NCBI RefSeq assembly: GCF_018977255.1
Contig: NW_024704746.1
Coordinates: 43,400,001 to 43,464,000 of the forward strand
DNA: 64,000 bases
From: Callorhinchus milii
Lineage: Eukaryota
Direction: 5' to 3'
A program made the position numbers and the translations under genes. The notes beneath the pieces were generated by a model. It ran no database searches, had not been told where the DNA came from, and saw only the letters and a program-made list of their open reading frames with translations. Shown here in pieces: positions 22,983 through 37,680 of this stretch (position 1 is its first letter; the number at the start of each line of letters is the position of its first letter).

Positions 22983-23715
22983 TCATTCAAGACATCTTTT
23001 CTCATCCCATTTCCTCTTTCTGCGCACATTATAATAATGATCTTTCCATTTCATCCAGTGCTTACAATGTCAAACGTCTTGAAGCATTTGAAGCAAAGAA
23101 TACCCCAGGTTTCTGTGTGGTAGAGTGACAGTTTGTGAGCAAATATAGCATCCATTTGTGCCTGGAAATATCACACAAATATTTGTGAAATAAATTATAT
23201 CCTTCACCTGTGGCATCTTTGGGCTGAAGAGCTCCTTACGTTTTTCAAAGAATGCCATGGATCTTTAACATCCACGTGAACTGTCTTTCTTCAGAAACCA
23301 GTTTTCTACAGTATTTAAGCTTCCAAATTAAGACTCAACTTGAGAATTCTTCACAACTCTGCAATATTCTAAAAATTAAGATAAAATGTTTTTATCCGCT
23401 GAGACTTGGTGGAATTTCGGGCCTATTCTCTTCTGTTCAAAATTCCTGGTCTTTCTCACAGTGAAGGCAGAGAAGTGAGCCGAGTGTGATTTGCTACTTC
23501 TGCGTTTTATTGTGGGAGGCTCACGAATTGCAAAGCTCATACCATCCTCTCCGGGTGGATCCAGCAACAGTTTTTTCCAGAGACTCTGTTTATGCTACTC
23601 AATGAATATTTTGCAAATTGTGGGGCTTCATCACCTGCGTGAATGTGTTCTTTATTTTGAGTAATTTGAACTCACAGGTAAGTGAACTCATTTCAGTGTA
23701 GCGCTGTGGCAGTGC

Positions 23716-24070
23716 TGTCAACAAGACTGACAAATTGATCAGGCTTCAGCCCTAGTAACATGGTCAGTCATTGAGAGGTGCCATTTGTTTCTGTCTGTCA
23801 ACACATCTCATTGGCAAAAGAAGACAACAGAAATTGGATGAGACGTTAAACCAAGGTGCTTTCTGCCTGTTCAGGTGGAAGTTAAAGATCCCATTGCACC
23901 CCTCGAGGGTTTCCTAGCCAACAATCCCCCAGATAAAATCTGTAATTTCATGGCTGTTTGTGGAACATTACTGCACGAAAGGGTCTGCTGTGTTCTCCTG
24001 TAAAACACACAGTAAATCCTGTAAAGCCCTTAAGCGTTCTCTCAACGTGAAAGGTGCTGTAAAGATTATT
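23716..24070 (+). mobile_element. Unclassified repeat copy 2 (23716-23832) fused to a headless Deu SINE (23833-24070)
   Basis: Matches 21666-21770, then continues ggatgagacgttaaaccaagg...aaggtgctgtaaagattatt. Confidence 0.8.
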
Positions 24071-25007
24071 TTTAACGAGGCATATAATGGATTTGATCAC
24101 ATCTCAAGTCTGCTTAAATTGCCATAAAAATATTTACTGAAGGGGGAAAAAAAGTTTATATTGGATTTGTTAATACAAGGTTTATTATTGATTACAAGGG
24201 TCTTTCCCCTTTGGAAGAGTTGAGTAGAATCTGTACAGTGGATGCAAAATGAATTTAATTTCCTGTAGAGATGAGTATGAAGCACAACAAATGATGTGCA
24301 GTGATGTGTATATCCAGAGGCTCAGATGAAATGCTGTGCTTTTAATCATGTTGGGGAAAACACAAACTAGTATCATTTTTGTCTGGCTTCATTGCAATAA
24401 GTAATTTGTTGTACCCTAAGGAGAAAGAGGGGAAAAGATGGTCAGCGGTTATTTCTGCCCATGCGGTTGCTGTTCGCAGACAGAATGTATTAGAATGCAC
24501 ATAAATTTGGTATTGATTCTTCTGCGATTGTATTTAACAGCACAGAAATGCTGCAGCTGAAGCAGAATCGATTGGTGACAGTGAATCCCACGTTCTGATT
24601 GTCGTAAAGATTGAGCATCAAATCTGAGCCGCTTGATTGTCAGCAGAAGCGTTGAATTGAATCATTGCTTCAAATTTGCTGTCAGTTTTTTTTTTGTACC
24701 CACGCGTGCATCTTTGTATGTATATATGACATTTCTCGCAATATCCTGGCCAGCAATCATCCAAATCACATTACTGCAGACCTCCCTTGCTTTGCCAGTG
24801 TGTCTTCGTGGAACCAGTCTAGTCCCCAGGTAGGCTCTACAATCTCTCTCTCTCGACCTCCTCAAAGCAAACTGTATTTTATATTCATGATTATTATTTT
24901 ATTGCTTTCCAACAGGTGAAAGGGCTGAGTTACAACAGATTTCAAAGCTGGATCCTTCTAGTCCCATGTCCCTTGCTTAAGCCACTGAGCTAACTCCATA
25001 ATCTGTA

Positions 25008-25357
25008 GTCAGCCTGGGTCAGGTGGTCACACTCGCCTCTGAGAAGATAGTGAGTTCATTGTTGGAGGTGCCATCTTTTGGATGAGACAAGAAACAAGGC
25101 TCCATTGGCCTGTTTAGGTAGATGTTAAAGATCTAGTGGTACTATTCAAAAAGAAAGGGAATTTCTCCCCATTGTCCTGGCCAACACTACTCCAACTACA
25201 ATTAATCATTCTCTTCATGGCTGTGCACAATTTTTGTCAACTAAGTTGCCTACAAATACACAGTCACTATACTTCATAGTAAAACCCTGTGAAGAGTTTT
25301 GAGGTGTCTTGACAACATGATAGGATGCTATTCCAAACATAAGGATTATTATTATTA
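25008..25357 (+). mobile_element. Family-B Deu SINE with internal deletion
   Basis: Head, core and tail are all recognisable. Confidence 0.88.
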
Positions 25358-26340
25358 CATAATATTCTCATTCTATATTCCATATTGTAAGATCTCTGGC
25401 ATCCTACTCTGAGTGAAGGGTACTATATAAATGCAAGTTGTTGTTTGTTTTATTAGTTAAGCATTTAGCTTGTGAAATCTAATTATAAATCTTCAAATGC
25501 AATTTTTTTCATATTTTCCAACTCGCTCTTTCCCCCTCCTTGTCATCCAGTTCGTTTTTTCCCTTGGCAGCTCTTAACTGCAATAGCAATCTCTTTTATG
25601 TTCCCTGAGAGGAGAAGACTGAGCGATGTGGACTGAATGTAATCGCCATGCTTGTTATTAAAAAGTGTTAATGTATATTGATCTCTGTTCACTTATGTAA
25701 GTAATCCCAGATCAGAGCTTCCTTAGAAAGTAGGCCAAGGTAAGAAACTGCGTCACAGTGCCCTGATACACAGATGTCCCGGTACATTTATGCTGCATTC
25801 AGCTCCTCACTGACAGCAGTGATTTACTTCTGCATGGCAGAGCCCTTATCTGCTTGGCCCACTTTGACTCCAGTGTAAAGCCAGATACCAGTCTTTTTGT
25901 ACACAGCTATCTCTGTGCTGCACCAAGCTTGGCCTGGGTCCAGTGTGCCCACCAGAGTGTTGCGTAATTACGTTGCAGCATTTTCCATAATTGGAACAGC
26001 CGAGTTGCCGTTTGACGTTTTAAACTTGACTTCTGAGCTCGTACCTTAGCTTCCTCTGACTGTACTAATTATATCACCTTTGATTACATTGAACACCATT
26101 TGCCATCTATTGGCCCAGTTTCTCAAAATATCCCCAATCATCCTGCAAGTGGTTCCATTGTGCCTCGTTGTTTGCTCCAGTTGTCAATTTAGCATTGAAA
26201 ATTTGGCAGTGTTCGCAATCTACTTTCTGGAGCCTATCAGTGTGCCTGTGCCTTTTGTGCGCAATCATCCTGGTTCACATGAGGATGAAACTTAGTTTTT
26301 ATATAACGTTTGGGAATAAATTGTTGTATTGCAATTAATA

Positions 26341-26596
26341 TAATCTGGCTCAATTGGTAGCACTCTGGCCTCTGAGTCAGACGGTTGTGGGTTCAAATCC
26401 CTCTTTGGGACTTGGATTCACATTGTCGAAAATGATACTCCGATGAATGCTGGGGTTGATGCATTGTTGGAGGTGCTGTCATTTGGATGAGACGTTAAAC
26501 CAAAGCTCTGTCTGCCTGTTCAGGTGGATGTTAAAAATCCACCTGAACAGAGAAGGAAGTTTCTCTCTCCTGGTATCCTGGCCAACAATCCCCCAG
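26341..26596 (+). mobile_element. Family-B Deu SINE, 3'-truncated
   Basis: Head and core intact. Confidence 0.88.
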
Positions 26597-27854
26597 AATT
26601 CTAATCCATCAGACCTTGTAAAATGCTTAGAGAGATTTATTTTTTATGGGAAATGCACTGTAAAAATACAACTTATTACTATTTGGCAGTTTAATGGTCA
26701 AACTTCTTAGTTTTTTTAACAGCATTTTAAAAAGTGCACTGAAATGTTTAGTTGCTCATCGTGAGTGTAAAGTCACCTGCAAAGAAACGCTTATTGAGAA
26801 GTACTGTTGAATTTTGTTGTCAAGATCCTGTTAGTTCCTGGAAGATGTAGCAAGACTGCTCAGGTTTACAAATGTGCCCGAGGGGGTTATGAAATGTATT
26901 CCATCTAACTGTAATAGAAACATTGAGGCAGCAGTTATCTTCTTTAATGAGAACAATTCCCTAAAGGAAACTGAACACTGTCATTGACTTAATCTCCCAA
27001 ATCACCTCAACATTCAATATGCAAAGGAACTGATATGACTTTAGAAAAAATGGTTTAATGTGTGGCATAATTGTTGATATGAATAGTCAGGCAGATTGTA
27101 TCACAAGCACAATGTGAATAACAGCACAGTCATTTTGAACAATGTTTAATCACGTATCGGTTGTTTTTTAATGTGCTTTGTTTGGTGCATTTCGTGCAGT
27201 GTTCATTCACATGTATATTTTGTTTGTATTTTCTGTGTGAGCTCATTTTCCCTTCCTCAGTGAATGAGTGGGTGACTGGGAGTGGTCCTATTCCTCCTGT
27301 GTTACCAGTGAGGACATGTTGTGGAGATGCATTAGCTCAGTGAGAGGTGGTGAATTGGGTGGATGGAAAGCTCCGTCCAATCACACTTTCCTGCTCTTTC
27401 ACTCCAATACACTTGCTCTGCATAGGCTCACCTAATTCCCTTTTCAATGCCTCCGAATGACTTCAATTGCCACCTTTGGCACTTAATTCTGAAATCCCTC
27501 AAGGAGAAAATAATTCTTCCTGACTTCCTATCACTGGATCCTAGCTTATTCTGTCATTTTACATTTGGGCATAGCAGTTCCTCATTGATAGGGTTGTACC
27601 AGCTGTGGTTCCTGGCTTCACACTCCTCGATGGTTCAGGGTGATAAATAGAAAGATGTGATTAAGTTCTGAGTTTTGTAATGAACCTTCAGTGGGTATGA
27701 CGACAGAACAGTTGTCACATGCATGTCAACAACAACAAACAACTTATATTCATATAGCGGCTTTTATGCGGGGTAGTGTCTCAGAGCGATAAACAATGAC
27801 AAAGCTTGATGCCAGAGATTGTTAAACAATGATATCGAGTCTTGTATATAAATT

Positions 27855-28080
27855 GCAATTTACATTTAGATCGCACCTTTCACGTTGGGAGGATGTTCCA
27901 AAGCTCTTTGACTACCCGAGCTTGGGAAAGCAAAGGGGTGCAGAGAGGAAAGATGACTGAAAGCACGGAAAGAGGTACATCTTCAGATGGACCTTTGTCA
28001 AGGTGAGGGAGGGAGCAAATCCGAGGGATGCCAGGATGGAATTCCACAGAGCAGGGGCGGAATGGCAGAAAGCTCTATTA
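27855..28080 (-). mobile_element. L2 3' end
   Basis: Tail plus ggaattccacagagcagggg (LWNS motif on the minus strand). Confidence 0.8.
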
Positions 28081-31000
28081 TAAAGAAAGAAGAAGTTGGA
28101 GCTACGTGGTGAATGCTGTCATGTTTTCAGCAGTGTGTTTTATTTGTTCATAAATTTCCATACACTGGGAGAAGCTTACCAAAATTAATGGTGCTATCGC
28201 CAAACACACTCTATGGCATTTGCTGGTATATTATGAGAATGTTATTAACCATGCATTATTAAAGGGATCAAGGGAGTAATTTTCCTGCAGCTAAGCTGCT
28301 TAAGCAAATTATTCAGCACAAATATTCATTTGATGCTGGAATTTATCAACGGTATATTACGCTGCGAAAAGTGGAAATGACACACCCTAGCTTGTTCATA
28401 AAACTGTAATGATCTTCCAGTCACTCCTAACTCCCACTCAGCTTCCTCGTTTGCAGTTTGAAACCATTTCTTTTCACAGAAACGAGAAGATCGAAATTAA
28501 ACCCAAGTGCTCACTTCACATGAGGGGCAGTAACATGTATGCATTTATGTAGTGCCTTTCGTACAGGATAGTGTCTCAGAGCCTTGGACAGCACTTGAAT
28601 GAAGCTGGTGCATTGGCTGTTGTGTCCAGTAAAATTGCAATATCGAATTTGCACGTGTTGCGCAGGTGGCCTTCTAAGCTATGTGGAGCTCTTTGAGACG
28701 TCCTCCAGATAAGAACAGTGAGATATAAATACCGATTGTTGTTGAATAAACCTAGATGTGGTTTCACAATTTCTCAGTGTGAAGCAGTAACCCGAACAGT
28801 ACTGTCTAACCTTTGAGAAAATTGATGATATTGGAATGTAACTGCAAGCAGTGAAGAAGGGAACTGGCAGCTGAATAATAATTTCAAAACAGCTTTTGTG
28901 AAACTTTTCTTGTTGGAGGTCTTATACGTATGGATATAGCAAATGCTTAATCATGCAGTCTGCTGGATATTCATTTCATATCCGTGCCTGCTTTTAATGT
29001 GTGTATTGAATGCTGGTAGTGCAGTTCATCGAACAACTGGAACTATGCTGGGAATATTATTATTATGTCGATATCATTGTTGGTTTGAGTTGAGTCAGAT
29101 TACAGCCAAAGGATGTTCTCTCCATCAGGCAGAAGGGGGTTTGGGGAGATTTCAGACATGTCAATGTCCTACCTGCAGGATTTGATATTTACGAATCCTT
29201 TCATGGATCCCTGAATATCAGCCTCCAAAACTTCCTTTTTGCTTCCATGTTCAATTCTCAAACTATCTGAGAGAGAGAGAGAGAGAGAGAGAAGACAGAG
29301 AGAATAGATACAGTACCTTGCTGTCAGGCTCTTAGCATTGCTGCTTTGTAACAAGAAGCAATACAAACTTATGTCTTCATCAGTAAATGAGGATGTTTAG
29401 TCTGAATGAAACCAAAGGAAGGTCATCACACTGCTTTAGTCAAACCTAGATGGCAGTTGTTTCCACATTGATCAGTGCTGGAATTGAGGATTTTCGTGTT
29501 TCGTGGAGGAATCAAGTTCAGATTTTAAAATCCATCTGACAGAATAAATCTCTGAAGGCAGTGAGTCCTCCTTAAATAGAATATGCCTTTGAATCCTGTT
29601 AGCGTACGTACAATAGATGGGGATGGCAAAAATTGTTGCTTGTGAGCCCGTTTGTATGTGAGGGAGAGATAAGCCTGAGCTGAATTAACTAGGCGGCGAT
29701 AATTTGGGAGCAATAAGTGGTGAATAATATGAACAGGGATGCGCAGTAAGGGACGAAACAGCCAGTGAAGATCATTACAACTGACTGCGAGAGCTTTAGA
29801 CAGTTACTTGGGAATGCTTGTCATTTGCACTTGAGCTTACAGCCCGGTCATTGCAGAGACGCAAGTTTTGAGAACCATCGGTGCTCCCTGATCCTGTCGT
29901 GTCCATTGTAATGTGACCGCACAAGGTCATTGGTGGAATTTCACCCTGGAGCTGCTGGTGTGCGAGTTACGTTGACTGCTGCTGTGTGATTGTCAATGAA
30001 CGATAGCAGAGGGTTCGATGTACGGATTGGAACGGGGAACACTCTTATAGATGATTCTGATTTTGTTTGACTGCGGCGTTTATTGTCTTTGAGGAAAATG
30101 CAAAAGCTGCAATTGCTGTTCCTCGTGCTCGAGGCCAATGTCAGATTCTTATGTTCTTTCAGAATAAAAATAAGTTGAGGCTCATGGTAATAATACTCCT
30201 TACATTTAGTATACCGCCTTTCACATTGGGAGGATGTCTCTAAGCACTTCATGCTGTGTATCTGTAAAGTGGGGTGACTTATCTTATTGTGACCTGATAC
30301 CTTAATGCAACGATCTGTGTTAAGCAATATAGCAGCAATATATATTTGTATCTTTTGATTCAAACCCCGTATTTTCCATTCCATCTGAGGTATTGCATTG
30401 ATGTGCAATCCGGTTGACCAATTTCATGAATAAACTATAGGCGTGTGGGGAAAAGAGCAGGTAAATGGTACTGAAAAAAGGCTGCTCTTTAAAAGAGCCA
30501 GTGCAGGGGGAGAGGCCACAGACAGGTGGGTGGTCTGCCTCACGTTGTATTGACTGTACACTTGACTGTGCAGGTGAACCTTTCACTGAATGTTGCTCTC
30601 AGTCCTGAGCTGGATTCATTCAGGCTGTTTCATGGCTTCATTCCTCAATTGGATCAAAAATGTAAGGTCGAGCAGGCGATAAAGTGAACCGTTAGAACCA
30701 GAGAAAATATCCACAAATGATCATCGCAAACAACTTAGTAGAAAAATGTGAATGCCCAAAGCAACCAGTGGCTGGCAGAAAATAAACAAAACAAGGCCCA
30801 TTCTGCCATTGTTTTAGATTTCTGATTAACCTTTATCCTTCAATGTAATTCTCAATTTTGCTCAGATAAGAGGTCAGTTATCCCCCAGAATTACACCTTG
30901 TTAGTTTTTAATTTGTAATTCTAGCTTTGACAAGTTAGCTCAGATTTTTAAAAAAAGCTCTTATCTGAAACATATTGCTGAATCAGTTCCAGTAAGAGTT

Positions 31001-33640
31001 GGATTGGAATTAGATTGCATTTCACAGGCTGGTGCTAGTGATCACCCTTTGGTTTTGACCAGAGTCACGTACTGTAAGTGCAAGTGATTCTACAGCACTT
31101 GACCTGGAGATGCTCTACAACCACCTAATGAGAAAGTCTGCACTGCCGGTTCTGTGAGCAGTTGATTGCACTGTTGGTTCTGTGCAAACAGTATTCCCTG
31201 CTTTTGCAGTGATCAGCACTATGTAAGGAATCTTGAAAGTTTTTTTTTGAAAAGCAAGGCTCTGTGGTTCATTTTGCCAAAGACCATTAAAGGAACATCC
31301 TGCGGTGACTTTATTCTCGCAATTGTTGGGGGGAAAAAAACATTTTTACTGTATAATTGCTGACCTACTTATTCGAACTTCCATCTTCACGCCCCTCTGA
31401 GACTGGCCGGGGAAACAACTCATGATGTCCTTTTGCATTGCTGTACGGAAAGCAGGAAAATAGATTTCAAGGGTCATGGGATAAACCCAATGTAAGATGT
31501 CAGGATTTACCTTTTTGAATGTCGCTCTCAGTCCTGAGCTGGGATATGATTCTTTTAAGGAATTCAACCAACTTGAGTGAGCCTCACGATAACCAAACAA
31601 GTATTCTTTTTTTTCCCTTCCCACCCATCTTATCACAGAGAGCTAAATATGAAAATTATATCCTGTGTAATTTATCAGAAACATATCAACATCAACTGAA
31701 CACAGCTCCAACTCAGTTGATTTTCTGACCCTCTGCAATTGGTGAATAGTGCATTGCAAGGGGGGAGGGGAGGGACTGCAGATAGTTCGTCTGACTTATG
31801 GGGTTTAAAAGGCGATTTTACTTTGTTTCCAAGAGGACAGTGCTTTCCAGGTTGAAACATTCATTGAAGGCGGCCTGGCATGAAACTGTTTTATCAGTGT
31901 GTCAGCGCCGCTGAATCCTCAAGCGATTATCAACTTAATAGCGAGGAGTACCACAGGAGCTTTGCAATGCAATGTTTACTGATGTGATGCTGATTCAGTT
32001 TCATTTATGCTGATGGTGTAGGCTGAGAAGCATGTCAGCTATTTGACTTGTGTCTGGTTAGTTTATTTCACACAGCTTGTTTTCAAGTGTTCAAATTTTC
32101 AGCATGTCCCAGCGTATTTCTCGCTGCAATCAGAGATACAAGTTTGTGCTGAAATTACTGTGACAGACAGACAACAAATAAATAAGTTCTGAGGTACAAG
32201 TTGATTTGTTTGTGCAATTACATTTTGCTGGATCCTAATGGGTTTATGTCACAGTGCTGTCTGCTGATCAGCCAAGCAGAGCTGTATTGCAGGCGCTTTG
32301 CTAAGCGTTGTGGCATTGAAGGTTGGCTGAGTTTTTCACCCATTTACCTCAATAGAATGCTGAAAAGAAACTGGAACAAAGGATGTCTGTTTCTCTTCTC
32401 TCTCTTGCTGGGCTGTTGTTGTCGTCCTTCCCAGTAAAGCGGGGGGATGAGGGGGTCAGAGATGAAAAACGGAGGAAGAGAATCCATGCATTGTGTTGCA
32501 TTCTAAATCGCCAGTTAGTTCTGGCACTTTCTCTTTCATTATTCACTGCTATCTGCAGAGCCACTGGGTACTAGGTGCTGACAGAGCAGAACATAGAATA
32601 TGAAGCAATGTAATCAGATAGAAGCAGTCTGAATTCAGTCACTCTCTCATTAATGAGTACATTAAGCAGCTTGTTAGATGTGGAAGTTTTGAATAAAGTG
32701 GACTTGGAGGTTAGATGCCATTCAATGCAGCAGATATAAAGTTGTGAATTGGGAAAGAGCCTGTTTTATACATTTGCTGGCATTGAGTTGGTCCGCTTTT
32801 GTCACTTAATCATATGCTTGTCATTCTTACTGATCACCCTTTCAGCTTGCCTTCACGTTCCGCAATGCTGGCGAGGAACTCCCCCCGTTAGGAATCTGTT
32901 TGTGAGAGAAACCTCATTCACTGCTGTTGATGACATTCTTGTGTTCATCAGTAAATTATGGAAGTTATTTGTAGGTCACGACACATGGGATTTGCAGCTG
33001 TTGACACAGCCCACGTAAGTACAGGCGTAAGACCGTGGTAACAGTTACTGTATGCATTGAGATTACTGCCTGTGGCAGTTTGTCATCTTGAGCGCAGGAC
33101 TGTTAGACCTCCAGTCCTGACTAACCAATTGTTATCTGGGTTTCCCCCTCCGGCCTGAGTTTGCCGGCTTGTCTGGGAAGGATGCAAAATTACTGGGAAG
33201 GAGGGAGTGGGGGAAGGACATCCTTCTCCATACGGTCATAGTGCAATTTTGGTCCCCTCCCCCCAATGGGGTAGCCAAGATGCATTGTTAAGTGGAAATG
33301 CCTGAGCTGAGTGAGCTGAGCTGTGCTGTTGTGCAGGTTGGCGAGTTGAGAAGGGAAGCCAATTGACAAATCTGTTTTTGTGAATTCTTTGCAGCTAAAG
33401 CCTCTATAGCCTCTGTAGTGTCAATTGTTTTGTAAAAGGTTTCTGCATGTGTCAGACTTACAAAGAATGCAGGACATCCACTGGTCACATGTACCGTTTG
33501 TCCGTTGTACGTTTTGGTTTATTTTGTTGGCAAGGACAGATCAGAGCAATCGCTTCCGACCTATCGTCACCGTCAAAAATAAACCTCCTTACAGGATAAT
33601 ATCTTTCTTCTGTGTGTGTTTCTTCAATTCTATTTTAAAT

Positions 33641-34070
33641 TAGTCTGGTTCACTTGGTAGCTCTCTGGCCTCTGAGTCAGAAGGTTCAAGCTCCACATTG
33701 GGACCTGTAACCCATGCAGTCGGTGCTGACACTCCAATACAGTGCGGGAGTGTCAGTATAGACTGCTTTGTCATAGGTGCCGTCCTTCAGATGAGTCGTT
33801 AATCTGAGGACCCGTCTGCCTTTTGAATTAGATGTTAAAAGATCCCATGGCATCGCTTGAAAGAGAAGGAAGTCTCTCTCTGCTGGTGAACAATCCCCCA
33901 ACTAAAATTGATCATTTATTTCATGGCAGTTTATGGGACATTGCTGTGTGTAAATTGGTTGCCGTGTTCGCCTACAAGTAGAGAGTTGCTATACTATATA
34001 GTATATCCTGTGAAGCAGTTTAAGGCATCGTCAAATGGACTTTGTCAAATGTAAGGAATTTGATTATAAT
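33641..34070 (+). mobile_element. Full-length family-B Deu SINE
   Basis: Head, core and tail. Confidence 0.9.
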
Positions 34071-34837
34071 CTGGGAAAAATCATTCTTCATCACTCCCCT
34101 TTAGACGTGTGGGGGATGATATGTTCCAAAATTAACCTCATACTCCATTGCTTCAAACTACTTGTCACTGATCTTTCTCTGCACAGAAAGAAAAGGCAGT
34201 GTTTTATTCCTGTCTCTTTAATTCCATCTTCAATTTTTCTCTTTCTCCCTCTGCTAATATACATTTGCTTTGAATTGTTGAGCGCATTAGACAAAAAAGT
34301 TAGGTTGCAAATCTATTTTGCCCACAAAATACACAGTCAATCCACATTATAGCATATCATGTGAAGCACTATGAGACATCTCAACAATGTGATAAGGTGT
34401 TATATCAAATGCAAGGTTTATTATAATGTTATCACAGGTTAAATTACTTGGTAGAGATAACTTCTTAATGGTATACAGTGATGGGTCAGCCAGACCAAGA
34501 ACACCACCACTTTTCATATGAATAGATGTTACTTTTCTAAATATATTTGAGCTTCCTAAAATAGCTACCTTTTGCCAGAGGTAGATATTTTGTTCACCAG
34601 ATGTTTTGTCAAGTTATTATTACTCCCCCTGTATCTCCCACTCATTTTATTATTGTTTTCATTTTTTATGTTGTAACACTTCCACTTTGTTTTCATGCCT
34701 AATCACATCAAAACATCTCAAAATACTTCAAACCGTGTGTTAGGTTGATGTGTAACGACTGTTGTTATGTCGACAAACAGCTAGTGTGTGTGTGCGTGTG
34801 TCAGCAACATCCCACCGATAGCAACATCTTGGCTTAC

Positions 34838-35305
34838 CTGGCTGTCCTGACCGAATGTCTGTCGGACATCAAGTCCTGCATGAGAGCTAACTTTCTACAG
34901 CTGAACGTCAACAAGATTGAGTGCCTCCTGAATGGCTCCCATTAGCGCCTCCACACCTCAGGCACTGACAGTATCACTCTCCAAGGATGCACACTCCACC
35001 TCACTGAGCCAGCACAGAACCTTGGTGTCTGGTTTGACCTTTAACTATCCTTCCTACCCCACATCTATGCCATGACCCGCTCCGCCTTCCCCCACCTCCG
35101 CAACATCGCCCGGCTCCGCCACTGCCTCACACCGCAGACCACCGAGACCCTCATACATGCATTCGTAACATCCAGGCTCGACTACCAAACTCCCTGCTCG
35201 TCATCCTCACTAACTCCTCCATCCATAGGTTGCGGATCATCCAGAACTCTGCAGCCCGTGCCCTCTCCTGCACCAGGCGCCATGACCCTATCAACTCGTC
35301 CTCGT
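34838..35305 (+). mobile_element. L2 ORF2 internal fragment (post-RT region)
   Basis: CLSDIKSCMRANFLQLNVNKIE, NLGVWFD, SAFPHLRNIARLRHCLTPQTTETLIHAFVTSRLDY and IQNSAAR, with stops and frameshifts. Confidence 0.95.
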
Positions 35306-37544
35306 CTTGTGGGCTCAACGGGAAAGTGTTCAATTTCAGATTTCAATTTTGGAAAACAAATCTAAAAAAAACTAAATTACTGAAACGCATAAATAATATA
35401 GTTATGACGATTATGAATATATGGAGGAGATCTTTAGTTTCAACCCAACTGAGCCATCTTTCATTTGCATCGTATCTCCTCAAAACCGCAGGACTGGTTA
35501 ATTTTTCAGAAACCCTTGGATCAAAACGTGTGTTTTAGCTTATCTTTAAAAGTGGATTTACGCATGTGCCGCTTTTATTGTTGAGTTTGGCTTTCGCCCT
35601 TGATGTTGCCGGCAAACCCTCACACAGGGAAATCCATCTGAGAACGTGAGAGTGAGCTTTAACCCGGGAGATTTTTTTCATATAAATCAAAGCAATTGTA
35701 CGGACGTGTTCTGGGGATTTGTGCTTAACAGTGGAACAAATTGGTATCCGAGATGACAGAAGTCCCCTGTGACTATTGAGCTTGTGAGTCCTGTAACTGG
35801 TACCACTTGTTAAACTTGCTGTGTGCAAACCTTCAGTCACCCACAAGCATCCCTTGTGTATCCTAATACAACTTGCGTCTGTGCAAATCCATTCACGCAA
35901 AAGAAAGCCTCATCTGGGGTCGCTGCTGGGTGTGTTAGTACAATCATCGCAAATTAAAGGGTGAAGCATTCCAGTGGTGCAAGATTTGTGACCAGATGAA
36001 TTGTTTTCTTCGAGCCAACAGACCAGTGAATTTTCTGTGTTGTACAGAATTCCAAGCAACAACAACAAATTACATTTGTATAGAACCTTTCACGTCACAA
36101 GTACATCCCAAGGCATTGGACAGTCAGGAATCGACACCTAGATTCACGCCACATTGCTGCTGTCCCTGGGTGATCAATATTTGGAACTCCACATCAGGAG
36201 GGCACACCCTCTGGTCCCCTTGATTTCATTGGGGTTCAAGAACGTACAGATGGCAGAAAGAATAGAAAGTAGGTAAGAAAATAATGAAAGTGTGAATGAG
36301 TCGATGTTAAAAAAAATTGAAAGGGAAGATTTCAAATCAAGGTGGCCGCAATGTGATGTTAATGTGCTGTGCGCACATTGGCTACTATGTTCGCTCATAA
36401 CACACATAGTTACCATACTTTACAGCATATCCTGTTAAGCTTTTTGAGACATCCTCCTGACATGAAAGGTGCTGTTCCAAATGTAATCAGTATTATTATT
36501 AATGGACAAATAGTGTTAACATCTGTTTTCTGCGGTCTGACAGTCCTAACACTGGTCTGACCACCCATATAGTCATCAAAATCTTGAAATTATCTATAGG
36601 TTTGCTTCTTCCTGTGGAGCCTGCAGCTTATCCCTGCTTTGTTGTTTGTGACCCCATTGCATCTTTCTGCTGAAAGCTGCAAAACTCCATCTGATAGTTG
36701 TGTGGGATTGCTCTGCAGGTAATTCCTTCCTTTTCTTCTCAACTCCGTGTGGCTTCCTTCAATCATTTTTACATTCTTCTTGTTTCCAAATGAAGAAAGT
36801 TCATCCAAGTCGTTCCAAACTGCTTTTGTATTCTTGATTTTTTTGCACCAACGATTTCCCAACTTCAAATTGGTATATCCCCCAAATTAAATCAGTCATT
36901 CCCTTTGTGGCTGTTTGTATGACATTGGTGTGTGCAGTTTGGCACCCAAAAAACACTTTACAGAAAATCCCGTTTAGCATTTAGGCATGTTCTTCTGCAG
37001 TGAAAGGCGCTATGCCAAATGTAGGGATTTTTATATTTATAAATACCTTGATATCTTTTATAGATGAAAAGGAATTCAGAGCACAAATTTTCATACTTTC
37101 CATTGTTTCGAAAGTATTTACAAACTTTAACAAACTTACTTAAAGGTTAGAGAAAGCTGCAAAAGCTTTCAGAGCATTGACTTCCAGTGCATTTGGCTAG
37201 ACAATATTTGTAATGTTGGACTTGGAGAAACAATGTGTTTGTGTGTAGCTCTGTTGGGGCTTGTAGAAATTCGGGACATTTGTAGCTGGTAGAGTCTATT
37301 GCTTCAAAGAAGCTACAGTGAGATTTGACTTAGTGAATAAACAATCCATGTCATTACTATGAACTGTGTGCAGCTGGCCTTCAGAACATCAGGCCAGTGT
37401 TTGATGTGAAATGAACTGGCCAAGACCACTTATTTATTTCAGTTCATTGATCAGCTCCTACAGCTGAGGAAAATGCCTGATCACTACATTATAACCCAGC
37501 TTGTCAATTTCAGGGCAGATACCTGGAATTTTATCTTCACTTAA

Positions 37545-37680
37545 GGTGGTTGAGGCCAGGACAATGGACTTATTTAAAAAAGCAACTTGCTGCTGTGACG
37601 GGGAGGTGGTAGGTGGGGTTCTGAATGGATGAGATCGGATGGGCCGAGGGCCTTCTTCATCCGAACCGATCTCATGATTT
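37545..37680 (+). mobile_element. CR1 3' end (second CR1 family)
   Basis: gatgagatcggatgggccgagggccttc; same family as 44540-44900. Confidence 0.8.

Noticed and set aside
28575-28596. REST/NRSE-like motif
   Set aside because: Core mismatches, and it overlaps a retroelement tail remnant.
36600-36718. Open 119-nt segment between AG and GTAATT
   Set aside because: Weak acceptor with no pyrimidine tract, and an unrecognised peptide.
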